NCBI GenBank assembly: GCA_903829815.1
Contig: CAIKRR010000030.1
Location: forward strand, 25,730 to 89,729
Direction: 5' to 3'
DNA from: an uncultured Pseudomonadota bacterium
GTDB taxonomy: Bacteria > Pseudomonadota > Gammaproteobacteria > Burkholderiales > SG8-39
Length of the DNA: 64,000 bases
Made by a program: the position numbers and the translations under genes. How positions within the stretch are numbered: position 1 is the stretch's first letter; each line of letters starts with the position of its first letter. The notes under the pieces were generated by a model. The model was not told where the DNA came from. It was given only the letters and a program-made list of their open reading frames with translations, and made no database searches. Below are positions 1 to 10,092 of the stretch, in pieces.

Positions 1-2
1 GC

Positions 3-866
3 CAGCTCAGCGGCTTGCTGGGCGGTCGACGCATCGACGAGTCACTCTTCGAAGACCTCGAAACAGCACTCCTGCGGGCCGATGCCGGCCTGCCAGCCAC
101 CACACACCTGATCACGGCGTTGCGCGCCCGGGTCAGGAAAGACCGGCTCGAAACGGCAGAGCAACTGAAAGACGCCCTGCGCGAGGAGCTCACCGCGCTG
201 CTTGCGCCACTTGAGCAATCGCTGGACCATCGCAGCGCAAAACCTTTTGTCATCATGGTGGCCGGGGTCAACGGCACCGGCAAGACAACCTCGATCGGCA
301 AACTCGCCCATTACTTCCAGGGTCAGGGTGCCAGCGTGCTGCTCGCAGCGGGCGACACCTTCCGCGCTGCCGCACGTGAGCAGTTGACCGAGTGGGGTGA
401 GCGCAACGGTGTCACGGTGATTGCCCAGGACAAGGCCGATGCGGCCGCCGTCGTTTTCGACGCCATCGCGGCAGCTCGCGCCCGCGGCATCGACGTGGTC
501 ATTGCCGACACCGCAGGACGACTGCCGACGCAACTGCACCTGATGGAGGAGATCCGCAAGGTCAAGCGGGTAATCGGCAAAGCCGATTCAGGCGCCCCTC
601 ACGAGGTACTGATCGTGCTCGATGCCAACACCGGACAAAACGCGGTGAGCCAGGTACGCGCCTTTGATGAAGCGCTGGGGGTGACCGGCATCATCATGAC
701 CAAGCTCGATGGCACCGCACGGGGTGGGGTGGTGGCCGCCATCGCCCACACTCGCTCGTTGGCTCAGGGCGCGCCCATCCCCTTGCGCTTCATTGGCGTG
801 GGAGAAGGCATCGATGACCTGCGACCCTTTGTGGCAGCCGACTTCGCCCGCGCGCTGCTCGACTGA
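3..866 (+). CDS. ftsY: Signal recognition particle receptor FtsY (NG domain; 5' part lies outside the window)
   Basis: SRP GTPase motifs [41 protein letters not shown]; frame is open to the window edge. Confidence 0.97.
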   Translation, partial: QLSGLLGGRRIDESLFEDLETALLRADAGLPATTHLITALRARVRKDRLETAEQLKDALREELTALLAPLEQSLDHRSAKPFVIMVAGVNGTGKTTSIGKLAHYFQGQGASVLLAAGDTFRAAAREQLTEWGERNGVTVIAQDKADAAAVVFDAIAAARARGIDVVIADTAGRLPTQLHLMEEIRKVKRVIGKADSGAPHEVLIVLDANTGQNAVSQVRAFDEALGVTGIIMTKLDGTARGGVVAAIAHTRSLAQGAPIPLRFIGVGEGIDDLRPFVAADFARALLD

Positions 867-875
867 ACGCGTACG

Positions 876-1694
876 CTACTGACGCCAGTCGACCGGCTGG
901 CGAAAGCGCACCATCTCCATGCGTCGAACGACCGCATCGAACACGACCCGGGGCAGACTCCCGGCAGGGTCAAAGGCACTGGCATCGCGCCCCGACTGAC
1001 GCCGTACCGCTTCATCGAGAATGACATCGGCACCGCCCATGCCAAGTGCTGCAGCCTGGACTTCGCAGGCACGCTGCAAGGTCCAGTAGCGAAAGAATGC
1101 GTGCGGCAAACTGGTGCCGGTGACCAGCACCCCATGATTGCGAAGGACGAGCACATTGTGGCGCCCAAGGCTCGCCACCAGCCGCTCACGCTCATCACTG
1201 CGCACGGTGATGCCCTCGAAGTCGTGATAACCGACATCGCCCTGGAGGAGCGCCCCGTAGAAGTCATCATGACGCAGACCGGCACGCTTGCAGGCAACCG
1301 CCATCGCAGCCGTGGTGTGGGTATGGATCACGCACTGCGCGTCCTCGCGTGCCGAGTGGATGGCACCGTGAATGGCAAAGGCAGCCGGATTGCCACGCCA
1401 GGGACTTGTCGCGACGTTGACCCCATCGACCCCAACCTTGAGCAGATTCGATGCCGTCACCTCGCAGTAATTGAGCCCGAAAGGGTTCACCAGATAATGG
1501 TGCTCGGCACCGGGCACCCTGAGCGAGATGTGGTTGAAGATCGACTCGTGCCAGCCGAGAAAATCAAACACCTGGTAGCAGGCGGCCAGATCCAGGCGCA
1601 AGGACCACTCGTGCGGATCCATGCCGGCAGGCATGGTGACGGTTACAGCGTCGAGTGCCAGGGCACCGACGTTTTTCCGATCGACTGCATTCAT
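876..1694 (-). CDS. Class II aldolase/adducin family protein
   Basis: LRLDLAACY, ESIFNHIS, FAIHGAIH, IHTHT, LRNHG motifs; ATGA overlap with the upstream CoA ligase stop. Confidence 0.9.
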   Translation of the reverse strand: MNAVDRKNVGALALDAVTVTMPAGMDPHEWSLRLDLAACYQVFDFLGWHESIFNHISLRVPGAEHHYLVNPFGLNYCEVTASNLLKVGVDGVNVATSPWRGNPAAFAIHGAIHSAREDAQCVIHTHTTAAMAVACKRAGLRHDDFYGALLQGDVGYHDFEGITVRSDERERLVASLGRHNVLVLRNHGVLVTGTSLPHAFFRYWTLQRACEVQAAALGMGGADVILDEAVRRQSGRDASAFDPAGSLPRVVFDAVVRRMEMVRFRQPVDWRQ

Positions 1695-3262
1695 GTCAAT
1701 CCCCTCCCGATTTGTCGATCACCACCGGCCAGCAGACGCCGGACCTCGTCCTTTTGCACCTTGCCGAGCGCGTTCCTGGGCAACTGATCGACAAGCACCA
1801 CGCGGCGCGGATGCTTGTAGCGGGCAATGCGGTCGCGAAAGAGCGCGAGCACCATGGCTTCGTCAAGTGCGGGCAGCCCCGGCGCCGCTGCACAAGGCAC
1901 CACCACGGCCACCGCCACCTCACCCCAGCGCGGGTCAGGCATACCCACCACGGTGGCCTCCGCAATCACCGCACAAGCGGCCAGGATGTTCTCAAGCTCG
2001 GCCGGATAGATATTCTCGCCACCGCTGATGATCATGTCCTTCGAGCGGCCCACCACATGGTAGTAGCCCTCGTCATCAACACGAGCCAGGTCACCGCTGT
2101 GAAACCAGCCGTCGCGAAACGACGGATTGTCCGGATCTGCCCAGTAACCCTGCATGAGCGCAGGACTGCGCACCAGAATTTCGCCGACCTCACCACCTGC
2201 CACCTCATTGCCCAGCGCATCGACCAGTCGTACATCGACATGCAAGCCGACCTTGCCGGTGCTGCCGAGCTTGCGCAGCGCATCCTCGGGCTTCAGGTAG
2301 ATCGATACCGGTCCGGTCTCGGTCGAGCCATAGACCTGGGTGACCGCGACCCCTCGATCGATGAAGGCCTTCATCAAGGACTCGGGCACGGTAGAGGACC
2401 CGGTGTTGAGCATGCGCAGCGAACCGATATCGGTACTCATCCACTCGGGGTGCTCGATCACCGCCTTCAAGGTGGCAGGTACCAGCAGCGACACGCTGGG
2501 GCGCGACTGCCCGACCTCACGCAGCCAGGCAGCCGGATCGAAACGCGCATGTATCGTTACCGCAGCGCCGGCATGCAGCGCGGGCATCGTCTGGATACAC
2601 AGACCACCGACATGAAACATGGGCAGGGCCGAGAGCACATGGTCATCGCGGGTGAAGCCCTGGTAGTCGATCGCATTGATCGCGTTCCAGATCACCGCCT
2701 CGTGGGTATGTATCGCACCCTTGGGCAGACCCGTCGTGCCCGATGTGTAGACGATCATGACCGGGTCGGCACCACCACCCACGGATGCCACCGGCTCGGC
2801 ACCCGCTGCGGTCACCGCCTCCCAGCTCGCATCGGCATCGCCCGCGCCGACATTGCACGGGTCTGCCGAGGCCTCATCCATGAAGAGCACCGGGTACTGG
2901 CTGCCTGAGGCCAGCAGCGCATGCACGGTGTCGGCAAATCCGGCACCGGCCACCAGGCGACCCGCCGCCGAATGCGCAAGAATGGCGCGCAACTCAGGCA
3001 CGGCAAGCCGGAAATTGAGCGGCACAAACACCGCACCGAGCCGCGCCAGCGCGAGAAAGAGCACCAGCATCTCGGGATGGTTGTAGCCCAGATAGGCCAC
3101 ATGGTCGCCGCGCGCAACGCCGGCACGCTGTGCCAGGCCGGCGCTGGCCTGCTCGATGCGCTGCCATAGGGCGCTGTAAGTCATGCTCCGACCCTCGAAG
3201 CGCAATGCAGTCCGCTCGGGCTGAAACTGCGCATGCCGCTCGATGATGCGAGAAAGGCTCAT
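1691..3262 (-). CDS. AMP-binding acyl-CoA synthetase (CoA ligase)
   Basis: YTSGTTGLPKG, YGSTE, GWFHSGD, GRSKDMIISGGENIYPAE, LPRNALGK motifs. Confidence 0.93.
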   Translation of the reverse strand: MSLSRIIERHAQFQPERTALRFEGRSMTYSALWQRIEQASAGLAQRAGVARGDHVAYLGYNHPEMLVLFLALARLGAVFVPLNFRLAVPELRAILAHSAAGRLVAGAGFADTVHALLASGSQYPVLFMDEASADPCNVGAGDADASWEAVTAAGAEPVASVGGGADPVMIVYTSGTTGLPKGAIHTHEAVIWNAINAIDYQGFTRDDHVLSALPMFHVGGLCIQTMPALHAGAAVTIHARFDPAAWLREVGQSRPSVSLLVPATLKAVIEHPEWMSTDIGSLRMLNTGSSTVPESLMKAFIDRGVAVTQVYGSTETGPVSIYLKPEDALRKLGSTGKVGLHVDVRLVDALGNEVAGGEVGEILVRSPALMQGYWADPDNPSFRDGWFHSGDLARVDDEGYYHVVGRSKDMIISGGENIYPAELENILAACAVIAEATVVGMPDPRWGEVAVAVVVPCAAAPGLPALDEAMVLALFRDRIARYKHPRRVVLVDQLPRNALGKVQKDEVRRLLAGGDRQIGRGLT

Positions 3263-3289
3263 CGGCCATCGACCCCTGGCGTGCGATGA

Positions 3290-4579
3290 CTACTCATCGG
3301 TCTCGCCCGACTCGTACAAGGCCTCGCGCCCCATCCGATCCAGACACAGTTCGGCCGTCCAGGGCAGCATGAGCGACCCGCAACGGCTGTCGCGATAGAG
3401 CCGCTCGAGCGGCAGGGTCTTCAACATCGACTGCCCACCACAGGTGCGAATGGCCAACCGGCAGATATCGTTGGCGTTTTCCATCACCGTGTACTGGGTG
3501 GCATAAAGCCGCAAGCGTGCGTCCTTGGGCGGGTCGATTCGCGCTTCATGGATGGTGTGCAAAAAGAGCGCCCGGGTCTGCTCGAGCTTCACCCGCATCT
3601 CGGCCACCGCGATCTGCTTGGTGGGGTACATGCGCCGCTTCACCGGTGGCATGTCCGGCACTTCGCCGCGCAGATAGCGGATGGTGAAGTCGTATGCCGC
3701 CTGCGCGATACCCATATAGGTCGGCGCAAGCGTCATGAACATGTGCGGCCAGCGCGAGGCGGCCTGAAAGTAGACCCCACCTGGCATCAGCTGCTCGGCG
3801 TCAGCCACGTACACATCCTTGAACTGCAGGGTTCGCGAGACCGTACCACGCATGCCCAGCGGATCCCACTCACCCGAGATACTGACCCCGGGTGCATCGG
3901 CAGGCACCGCCACGTACATGGTGTCGCGCATGCCCGCACCGACCTTGTCCTCGGTGCACAGCACGCCGTAGAAGTTGGCTGCGCCCGAGAGCGACGCAAA
4001 TATCTTGCGTCCGTTGATCACCCAGCCGCCCTCAGCGCGTGTCGCGAGCGTGCCAAACGGTGCCTTGCCGGCGGCCGCTGCGCTACCCTCGGAAAAGGGC
4101 TGCGCATAGATGCTGCCCTGCTCGACCACGCGCGCGTAGTGCAGGGCTCGGCGTTCATGATGGAGGGCGCGGTCCTCGTCGCTCATGGTGAGGTCATCGG
4201 CCAGAGGTCCCGACCAGAGCTGCGAACAGGCATGCATGTTGAAGGTGAGCGCGGTGGCACCGCAATGACGACCGATCGTGGCAGCCACCATGCAATAGGT
4301 GGCGAAGTCAGCCCCGTGGCCCCCATGAGCCTTGGGCACGCACAGTCGCAAGAGGCCTGCGTCGCGCAGATCTGCGTAATTCTCGAACGGAAAACTCGCC
4401 TCGCGATCGTAGCGTTCGGCGCGGGCCGCAAAGCGCGTGCGACCGAGTTCATCGGCCAGCGCAATGAGAGCTGCCTGCTCGCTGGAGAGCGGGTAGCCCT
4501 CGCCGGTGATGGGGGGTGGCGTGTAGGTGCGCGGTTCACGCCGGACGGCTGGTGCGGGAGATGCAGATTCTGTTGACAT
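3290..4579 (-). CDS. Acyl-CoA dehydrogenase-fold flavoprotein (atypical, no obvious catalytic Glu)
   Basis: FSEG, INGRKIFAS, WDPLGMRGT, LERLYRDSR motifs. Confidence 0.88.
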   Translation of the reverse strand: MSTESASPAPAVRREPRTYTPPPITGEGYPLSSEQAALIALADELGRTRFAARAERYDREASFPFENYADLRDAGLLRLCVPKAHGGHGADFATYCMVAATIGRHCGATALTFNMHACSQLWSGPLADDLTMSDEDRALHHERRALHYARVVEQGSIYAQPFSEGSAAAAGKAPFGTLATRAEGGWVINGRKIFASLSGAANFYGVLCTEDKVGAGMRDTMYVAVPADAPGVSISGEWDPLGMRGTVSRTLQFKDVYVADAEQLMPGGVYFQAASRWPHMFMTLAPTYMGIAQAAYDFTIRYLRGEVPDMPPVKRRMYPTKQIAVAEMRVKLEQTRALFLHTIHEARIDPPKDARLRLYATQYTVMENANDICRLAIRTCGGQSMLKTLPLERLYRDSRCGSLMLPWTAELCLDRMGREALYESGETDE

Positions 4580-4603
4580 GATCGGCCTGGATTGAATGGG
4601 TCT

Positions 4604-5422
4604 TCAGTGACTTCCGATCGGGTCGACCGGAAAGTGGCGACCCAGAAAATCGAGCAGGATCGCATTGAACTGCGCCGGTTGTTCCATGCTGGCCAGATGG
4701 CCTGCGCCGGGCAGGCACACATACTCGGCACCACGGATTCGTGCTGCCATCTTGGACATGACCGAGGGCGGCGCATTGCCGTCCCGCTCACCGACCAGCG
4801 CAAGGGTCGGCACATCGATACGATCGAGGGCGGCGCGCTGATCAAAGCCCACCAGGGCATTGAGCGATGCACGATAGACCTCGGGGCGAAGCCGTCCCAT
4901 CGAGTCGGTGGCAATGGCTACACCGGCCGGATCGGGCGCATCACCCAGCATGGCCCGCACGAGCGAGGCGGCCAGTTCGGGCATGGTGCTCCCGGCATCA
5001 AGCCGCGCCAGACGAGCGCGCAGGAACTGCTGCTGCCAATCACCCTCGGGACGGCCAAAGGCCGGACTGGTGCCATAGAGCACGAGCCCCTGAACCCGTT
5101 CGGGCTCTGTCGCCATGACCTGCTGGGCCACCATGCCACCCATGCTGTGCCCCACCAGGACGGTACGCGCACTATCAAGGTGTCGCAGCAGGCGCGCGCA
5201 GGCGGCGGCAAGGCCTGCCATGTCGTAGGGATCGATCAGCGTACTGTCACCGTAGCCGGGCATGTCCCAGGCCGCAGCGCGATAGCCCTCGCGTGCAAGG
5301 GCCTCGAGTTGCCAGGGCCAGACGGTACGACCGCCACCCACACCATGCAGCAGCAGCACCAGCGTATCGCCCGATCCCGCTTCAGTCCATGCCGGCAATG
5401 CGCCTTGTATCGCAGCCGTCAT
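4604..5422 (-). CDS. Alpha/beta hydrolase (enol-lactonase/deformylase-like)
   Basis: LLHGVGG, DMPGYGDS, GHSMGG nucleophile elbow, GERD, GAGH; ATG at 5422 lies 1 nt after the upstream stop. Confidence 0.9.
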   Translation of the reverse strand: MTAAIQGALPAWTEAGSGDTLVLLLHGVGGGRTVWPWQLEALAREGYRAAAWDMPGYGDSTLIDPYDMAGLAAACARLLRHLDSARTVLVGHSMGGMVAQQVMATEPERVQGLVLYGTSPAFGRPEGDWQQQFLRARLARLDAGSTMPELAASLVRAMLGDAPDPAGVAIATDSMGRLRPEVYRASLNALVGFDQRAALDRIDVPTLALVGERDGNAPPSVMSKMAARIRGAEYVCLPGAGHLASMEQPAQFNAILLDFLGRHFPVDPIGSH

Positions 5423-5423
5423 C

Positions 5424-6470
5424 TCACGATTCCATCGACACGAGCACGCCCTCGTCGACCATGGTGCGGCCATCGAGTTCGACCGTGCAATTGCGCAGCG
5501 GCAGATCGAAGTGTCCCAGGGTATGGCGACCGGCAACCTCGTTGGCCCCGGTGGAGTAGAGGAAATTGCCGGCAAAGGCCCGCAGTTCGGTGCCATTGAA
5601 ATCACGGCGGTCATAGAAAGCCATGGCGTCCCAGCGCGCGGCCGGATTCATGCCCCACCCCACATGCGAGACTGCATAGGCTTCGGGCTCTCCCCAGGCG
5701 GCAAAATAACCCCGCATCATGTCGGCATCGAACCCTGCGCCGCTGATTTCGGTGACATAGTCGTTCTCGATCGTGAGATGAACCGCGTCGTGAATGAAAC
5801 GCTTGAAGGTGAGGTTGACATCCCCCGGGGCGAGGACGAGCCGGCCATTGACCGAGCCCGCCGCCGGAAAGGCGAGACACAGACCACCAGGCCAGTGCGC
5901 CACCGTGCCAGGCCGACTGGTGTAACCCCAGACACCACCGACGCGTGCACCTGCCAGACTCACCTCGAGTCGGGTACCTGCGGCCGAACTCACCCTCAGG
6001 GTGCTCGCATCGCGCAGCACGCGCATGGCAGCACGAACCTGCGGCTCGATGGCGTCATCGGGCATCAGGCGCTCGAGCGCCTCGGGATGCTCGTTGGAAA
6101 CCATCAGGAGACGCGCCCCGCCCTTGAGGATGGCGGGCAACTCGGTGGCATGCAGCAAGCCCTCGACGGTGAGATCAACCACCAGTACCGACTGCGCCAG
6201 TGCACCCACCACCGGCGCAAGGCCGCCCAGCGCATCGCTCGCGCCGGTGGACCGGACCGGCGCCGGTGCCTTCAATCGCGGGGATGGCACCACGAGGTGA
6301 AAGGGCCTGCAACCCAGCCGAAGCAGTGCCAGTTCAGCCAACTCGACATTGATGGGCCGCGACTGGGTCTCGGAAAGAATGGCTACGGCATCCCCCGCAC
6401 CCACACCGCACCGTGCGAATACTTCGGCAAAGCAGTCGATCCACTTGCCCTCGATCCGTTCACGCAGCAT
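5424..6470 (-). CDS. NicX-like (2,5-dihydroxypyridine 5,6-dioxygenase / M29-fold) non-heme Fe protein, paralog 1
   Basis: AHWPGG, YAVSHVGWGMNP, RAFAGNFLYSTGAN, GHFDLPLRNC match the NicX family His/His/Asp pattern; AAGGAGG RBS before ATG 6470. Confidence 0.8.
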   Translation of the reverse strand: MLRERIEGKWIDCFAEVFARCGVGAGDAVAILSETQSRPINVELAELALLRLGCRPFHLVVPSPRLKAPAPVRSTGASDALGGLAPVVGALAQSVLVVDLTVEGLLHATELPAILKGGARLLMVSNEHPEALERLMPDDAIEPQVRAAMRVLRDASTLRVSSAAGTRLEVSLAGARVGGVWGYTSRPGTVAHWPGGLCLAFPAAGSVNGRLVLAPGDVNLTFKRFIHDAVHLTIENDYVTEISGAGFDADMMRGYFAAWGEPEAYAVSHVGWGMNPAARWDAMAFYDRRDFNGTELRAFAGNFLYSTGANEVAGRHTLGHFDLPLRNCTVELDGRTMVDEGVLVSMES

Positions 6471-6600
6471 CTGCGTCACCTCCTTCAGAGCCTGCCCTTG
6501 CCTTGAGCCCGGCAGTCATGCGGGCATGCGGCCCCTGCCATCGAAACAGCGCCGTGCGAAGCACCGCGCTCGCACCCGGATACAACCACCGCGTCGCATT

Positions 6601-7392
6601 TTACTTGCGCACACCGGGCGTCTCGATCGCGACACCCTGCGCACGCCAGGCAAGAAACAGTTCAAGGTCCAGATACTCGGGGGCGCCATAGGGCCACATC
6701 TCGGCGCGCACGCCCGACAGGCAACTGCGAAAGCGTCGATGCAGCGATCCGGCCTTCTGCCACTCGAGTCTGTAGATGGGATAGGCATTGGGATGCCCCT
6801 GGCTGATGGTTTCGGCGAGCAACTGGCGCCCCCAGTTCTGCTCATGGCAGTGGTTGCACGCAAGATTCATCTGGCCCATGCGCCGGTAGTAGAGAGCACG
6901 GCCAGCGTCAAAGTGCGCGCGCGCTTCAGCATCGATGGACACACCGATCGGCACGCCGCGCGACCACGACCCGACGTAGGCAGCAATGCCGATCGCCTCA
7001 TCAGACTCGGGGGTGAACGCTGCCAACCCCTGCTTGCCGACCCGGCAGGCGTCGATCCGACCAGCCAGGTTCACCAGGCGCCCGAGCGCGGTATCGATGC
7101 GCGGATAGCGCGCCGCGACACCCTTCATCGATTGCGCGGCGTCACCATGGCAAGTAGCGCAGGCCTGTTGCGAGCGCCCGGCAGGCGCGGCCCACAGCGC
7201 CGCCCCGCGGTCGAGCCACAGCTGCGCGGGGTTGGCAAACTCGTCGGCCTGCATCGCGCGCACCGATGCGGGTTGAAACGAAAGGCCCGAACGCAGGGCA
7301 TCGAGCGCGATGACGCGCTCCTGGGCAGGTGCCATCGGCGCGGCAGCCAGGACGGTCACCGCCAGGACAAGCTGTTGCACGACGGCGCGCAT
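6601..7392 (-). CDS. soxA: SoxA-type diheme c cytochrome
   Basis: Signal peptide; CATCH and CNHCH heme motifs; YPIYRLEWQ, RRFRSCLSGVRA (active-site Arg/Cys), C-terminal IETPGVR; TGATG overlap with soxX. Confidence 0.92.
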   Translation of the reverse strand: MRAVVQQLVLAVTVLAAAPMAPAQERVIALDALRSGLSFQPASVRAMQADEFANPAQLWLDRGAALWAAPAGRSQQACATCHGDAAQSMKGVAARYPRIDTALGRLVNLAGRIDACRVGKQGLAAFTPESDEAIGIAAYVGSWSRGVPIGVSIDAEARAHFDAGRALYYRRMGQMNLACNHCHEQNWGRQLLAETISQGHPNAYPIYRLEWQKAGSLHRRFRSCLSGVRAEMWPYGAPEYLDLELFLAWRAQGVAIETPGVRK

Positions 7393-7904
7393 CAACGCAG
7401 CGTCCCGAGATAGGCGACCACATCCTCGATCGCCTGCGCGTCAAGGACGGGCCGGCCAGCAAACGCCGCGGCCACCCGCACACGACCCTCGGCGCGATAG
7501 TAGGCCGGCATGATGCTCTCGGGCACGACCAGGCTCGAGTCAACCATGCGCAGCCGCAACTGCCCCTCGCTCAAACGGGCCCCTGCGCCATCGATCGGCG
7601 GGCCCAGATTGCCCATCGAACGCGCGTTGCCGCCCGGCACCTGATGACAGAGTGTGCAGTTGGACTCGCGCGAAAAGACGACCTCGCGCCCTCGGGTGGC
7701 ATCGCCGCGCAGATCGGCCAACGGCCTGTCGATGGCACCTGCCACGACCTGGAGTCCGGCCAGGACCTGGGCAGCGGCGCCAGAAGCCGATGGCGCGGGG
7801 CGTGGCTGGGCCACCACGACCTGTGCAAAAGAGGCCTGCGCGGTCATCGCCGCAGCAACAACGCAGCCGATGAGGGCAGACAGACCGGCCGCCGCCCTGT
7901 GCAT
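7392..7904 (-). CDS. soxX: SoxX-type monoheme c cytochrome
   Basis: Signal peptide; GDATRGREV, NCTLCH, GNLGPP, LRLRMVD, SIMPAY; directly upstream of soxA. Confidence 0.9.
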   Translation of the reverse strand: MHRAAAGLSALIGCVVAAAMTAQASFAQVVVAQPRPAPSASGAAAQVLAGLQVVAGAIDRPLADLRGDATRGREVVFSRESNCTLCHQVPGGNARSMGNLGPPIDGAGARLSEGQLRLRMVDSSLVVPESIMPAYYRAEGRVRVAAAFAGRPVLDAQAIEDVVAYLGTLR

Positions 7905-7906
7905 CG

Positions 7907-8896
7907 CTACTCGGCGCGCGCGCCCGAGGCCTTGACTGCACGCCCCCATTGCTCGACCTCTCTTGCGATGAACGTTGCAAACTCGGCGGGCGTGTCGGCC
8001 ATGGGATCGAGCCCCTGCGCAGCCAGCGTCGCACGTGCCTCGGGGCTTGCGAGTGCCCGTCGTACTTCGGCGTTCAGTCGGTTGACGATATCGACCGGCG
8101 TACCAGCCGGCGCAACCAGACCGCTCCAGAATGCGATCTCGAACTGTGGCAACCCGGCTTCGACGATATCGGGGACATCGGGGTATTGCGGACTGCGCTC
8201 GCGGGAAGTCACCAGCAGAGCCCGCAGCTTGCCTGCCCGAATGTGCGGACCCAGATTGGCGAAACTCTCGAACACCATCTGGACCTGCCCGGCCAGCAGG
8301 TCTGCAACCGCCGGGCCACCCCCCTTGTAGGGAACGTGGACGATATCGGTAGCCGTGATCGTCTTGAAGAGTTCACCGGCCAGATGCAGCGGCGTGCCGC
8401 TGCCGGCAGAGGCAAAGTTGAGCTTGCCAGGCCGTGCACGGGCGAGATCGATCAGCTCGCGCACGGTCTTCGCAGGCACCGCTGGATTGACCGCCAGCAC
8501 GAGCGGCCCGATCGATACCAGACTCACCGGGGCGAACGAGGTGCGGGGGTCGTAGGCAAGACGAGGATAGATGCTCGGCGCAATGCCCAGTGTGCTGGTG
8601 CTGCCATAGAGCAGGGTATAGCCATCAGGCAGGGCGCGCGCTGCCGCCTCCGAGCCGACCGTGCCACCTGCCCCTGCGCGATTGTCGATCACGACCTGCT
8701 GACCCAGACCCTCGGAGAGCTTCTGTGCCACCAGACGCCCGACGATGTCGGTCGGTCCACCGGGCGGAAAGGGCACGATGAGACGCAAGGCCCGTGAGGG
8801 AAAGACCTCGGCCGCAGGGGCAGCCGCCGATGACAGGGCAATCATCGCGCTGAGGACAGCAAGGAAACACAGGGAGGTCGATCGCATGAATATCAT
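7907..8896 (-). CDS. Bug/TctC tripartite tricarboxylate transporter substrate-binding protein
   Basis: Signal peptide; IVPFPPGGPTD, NRAGAGG, PDGYTLL, HVPYKGGGPA. Confidence 0.95.
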   Translation of the reverse strand: MIFMRSTSLCFLAVLSAMIALSSAAAPAAEVFPSRALRLIVPFPPGGPTDIVGRLVAQKLSEGLGQQVVIDNRAGAGGTVGSEAAARALPDGYTLLYGSTSTLGIAPSIYPRLAYDPRTSFAPVSLVSIGPLVLAVNPAVPAKTVRELIDLARARPGKLNFASAGSGTPLHLAGELFKTITATDIVHVPYKGGGPAVADLLAGQVQMVFESFANLGPHIRAGKLRALLVTSRERSPQYPDVPDIVEAGLPQFEIAFWSGLVAPAGTPVDIVNRLNAEVRRALASPEARATLAAQGLDPMADTPAEFATFIAREVEQWGRAVKASGARAE

Positions 8897-8985
8897 TGCC
8901 GGCTGACGGGACCAGAGCCTGATGACCCAGGACCAGTGTGCAGTATATAGTGCCCTTTTCGCTGCCGAACCCGGAGTCCTGCGCG

Positions 8986-10065
8986 ATGCTGCCTGCTCAC
9001 TTCCAGTCTACCGAGATGAATCCGGCCCGCCTGCCCGGTCTTTTCCGCCAGCAATTCGAGATGTCGGCCGTGAAGAAGGGAGAAACCATTGCGGTGGTCT
9101 CCGACCTGGGGACCCGGCGCGAGTACGTGCAGGCCTCGTTCGCCGCCGCTGACGACCTGGGTGCCGACATCTACGAGATGTGCGTCAACTCGATCCCTTC
9201 CTGGACCAAGGTGGGGGTGCCGACCATCGGGCAGTGCAAGGGCACGCTCGAGGCGCTTTGCCAGGTCGATCTCATCGTCATCTTCCATGTGCCGCTCTTT
9301 GCAAGCTGGCTGCGCGCCGTGATGCAGCGCGGCGTGCGAGTGCTGATGATCATCGACGCGCCCGATGACCTCGAGCAACTGATGTCGCCACCCGGATTGA
9401 AAGAAGCCCTCAAGTACGCCAACGCACTCTACAAGGCCACGCGCCAGGTGCGGGTGACCAGCCGTGCCGGTACCGACTTCACCTACGATTGCGGCGAATA
9501 CCCGACGATGATCCAGTGGGGCTACGCCGATGAGCCCGGGCACTTCGATCACTGGGGTGCGGGCCACATCCACACCTTTCCGAACGAAGGCAGCGCCAGC
9601 GGTACCGTCGTGATCTCACCCGGTGACATCGTGATCCTGCCCTACTGCCGCTACGTGCAGGACCCGATCAGGCTCGAGGTGCGCGAGGGCCATGTCGTAT
9701 CGATCGAGGGCGGACTTGACGCAAAGCTGATGCGCGACTGGCTCGAGGATGGCAAGGTCGACGAGCATGATCGCGACCCCTACGCGCTGTCGCATCTGGG
9801 CTGGGGCATGAACCCGCAGGCGCGCTGGAACTGGCTCGGGCTGACCGGTGGTGAACCCGAACGCAACCGTGCTGCGGCGCGCGTCTTCCCGGGCAACTTC
9901 CTTTTCAGTACCGGCCCCAACACCCAAGGCGGTGGCAAGCGCACCACCCGTGGCCATTACGATGTGCCGATGCGCGATTGCACCGTAGCACTCGACGGAC
10001 GCGTGGTGATCAATGAAGGCCGCATCGTCGATGAACGCATGCGCGTGGCTCGCGTACGACGCTGA
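8986..10065 (+). CDS. NicX-like non-heme Fe dioxygenase, paralog 2
   Basis: WGYADEPGHFDHW, TFPNEGSA, YALSHLGWGMNP, GNFLFSTGPN, GHYDVPMRDC; GGAG RBS before ATG 8986. Confidence 0.85.
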   Translation: MLPAHFQSTEMNPARLPGLFRQQFEMSAVKKGETIAVVSDLGTRREYVQASFAAADDLGADIYEMCVNSIPSWTKVGVPTIGQCKGTLEALCQVDLIVIFHVPLFASWLRAVMQRGVRVLMIIDAPDDLEQLMSPPGLKEALKYANALYKATRQVRVTSRAGTDFTYDCGEYPTMIQWGYADEPGHFDHWGAGHIHTFPNEGSASGTVVISPGDIVILPYCRYVQDPIRLEVREGHVVSIEGGLDAKLMRDWLEDGKVDEHDRDPYALSHLGWGMNPQARWNWLGLTGGEPERNRAAARVFPGNFLFSTGPNTQGGGKRTTRGHYDVPMRDCTVALDGRVVINEGRIVDERMRVARVRR

Positions 10066-10092
10066 GCGCACCGTCCTGACCAGGAATCCCAC

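Noticed and set aside
6601..7904. Claim of a complete thiosulfate-oxidising Sox pathway
   Set aside because: soxYZ, soxB and soxCD are absent from the window
5424..10065. Leucyl aminopeptidase (M29) call for the two NicX-like genes
   Set aside because: Motifs (SHxGWG, GNFLxSTG, HxD) and catabolic context fit the NicX dioxygenase branch better
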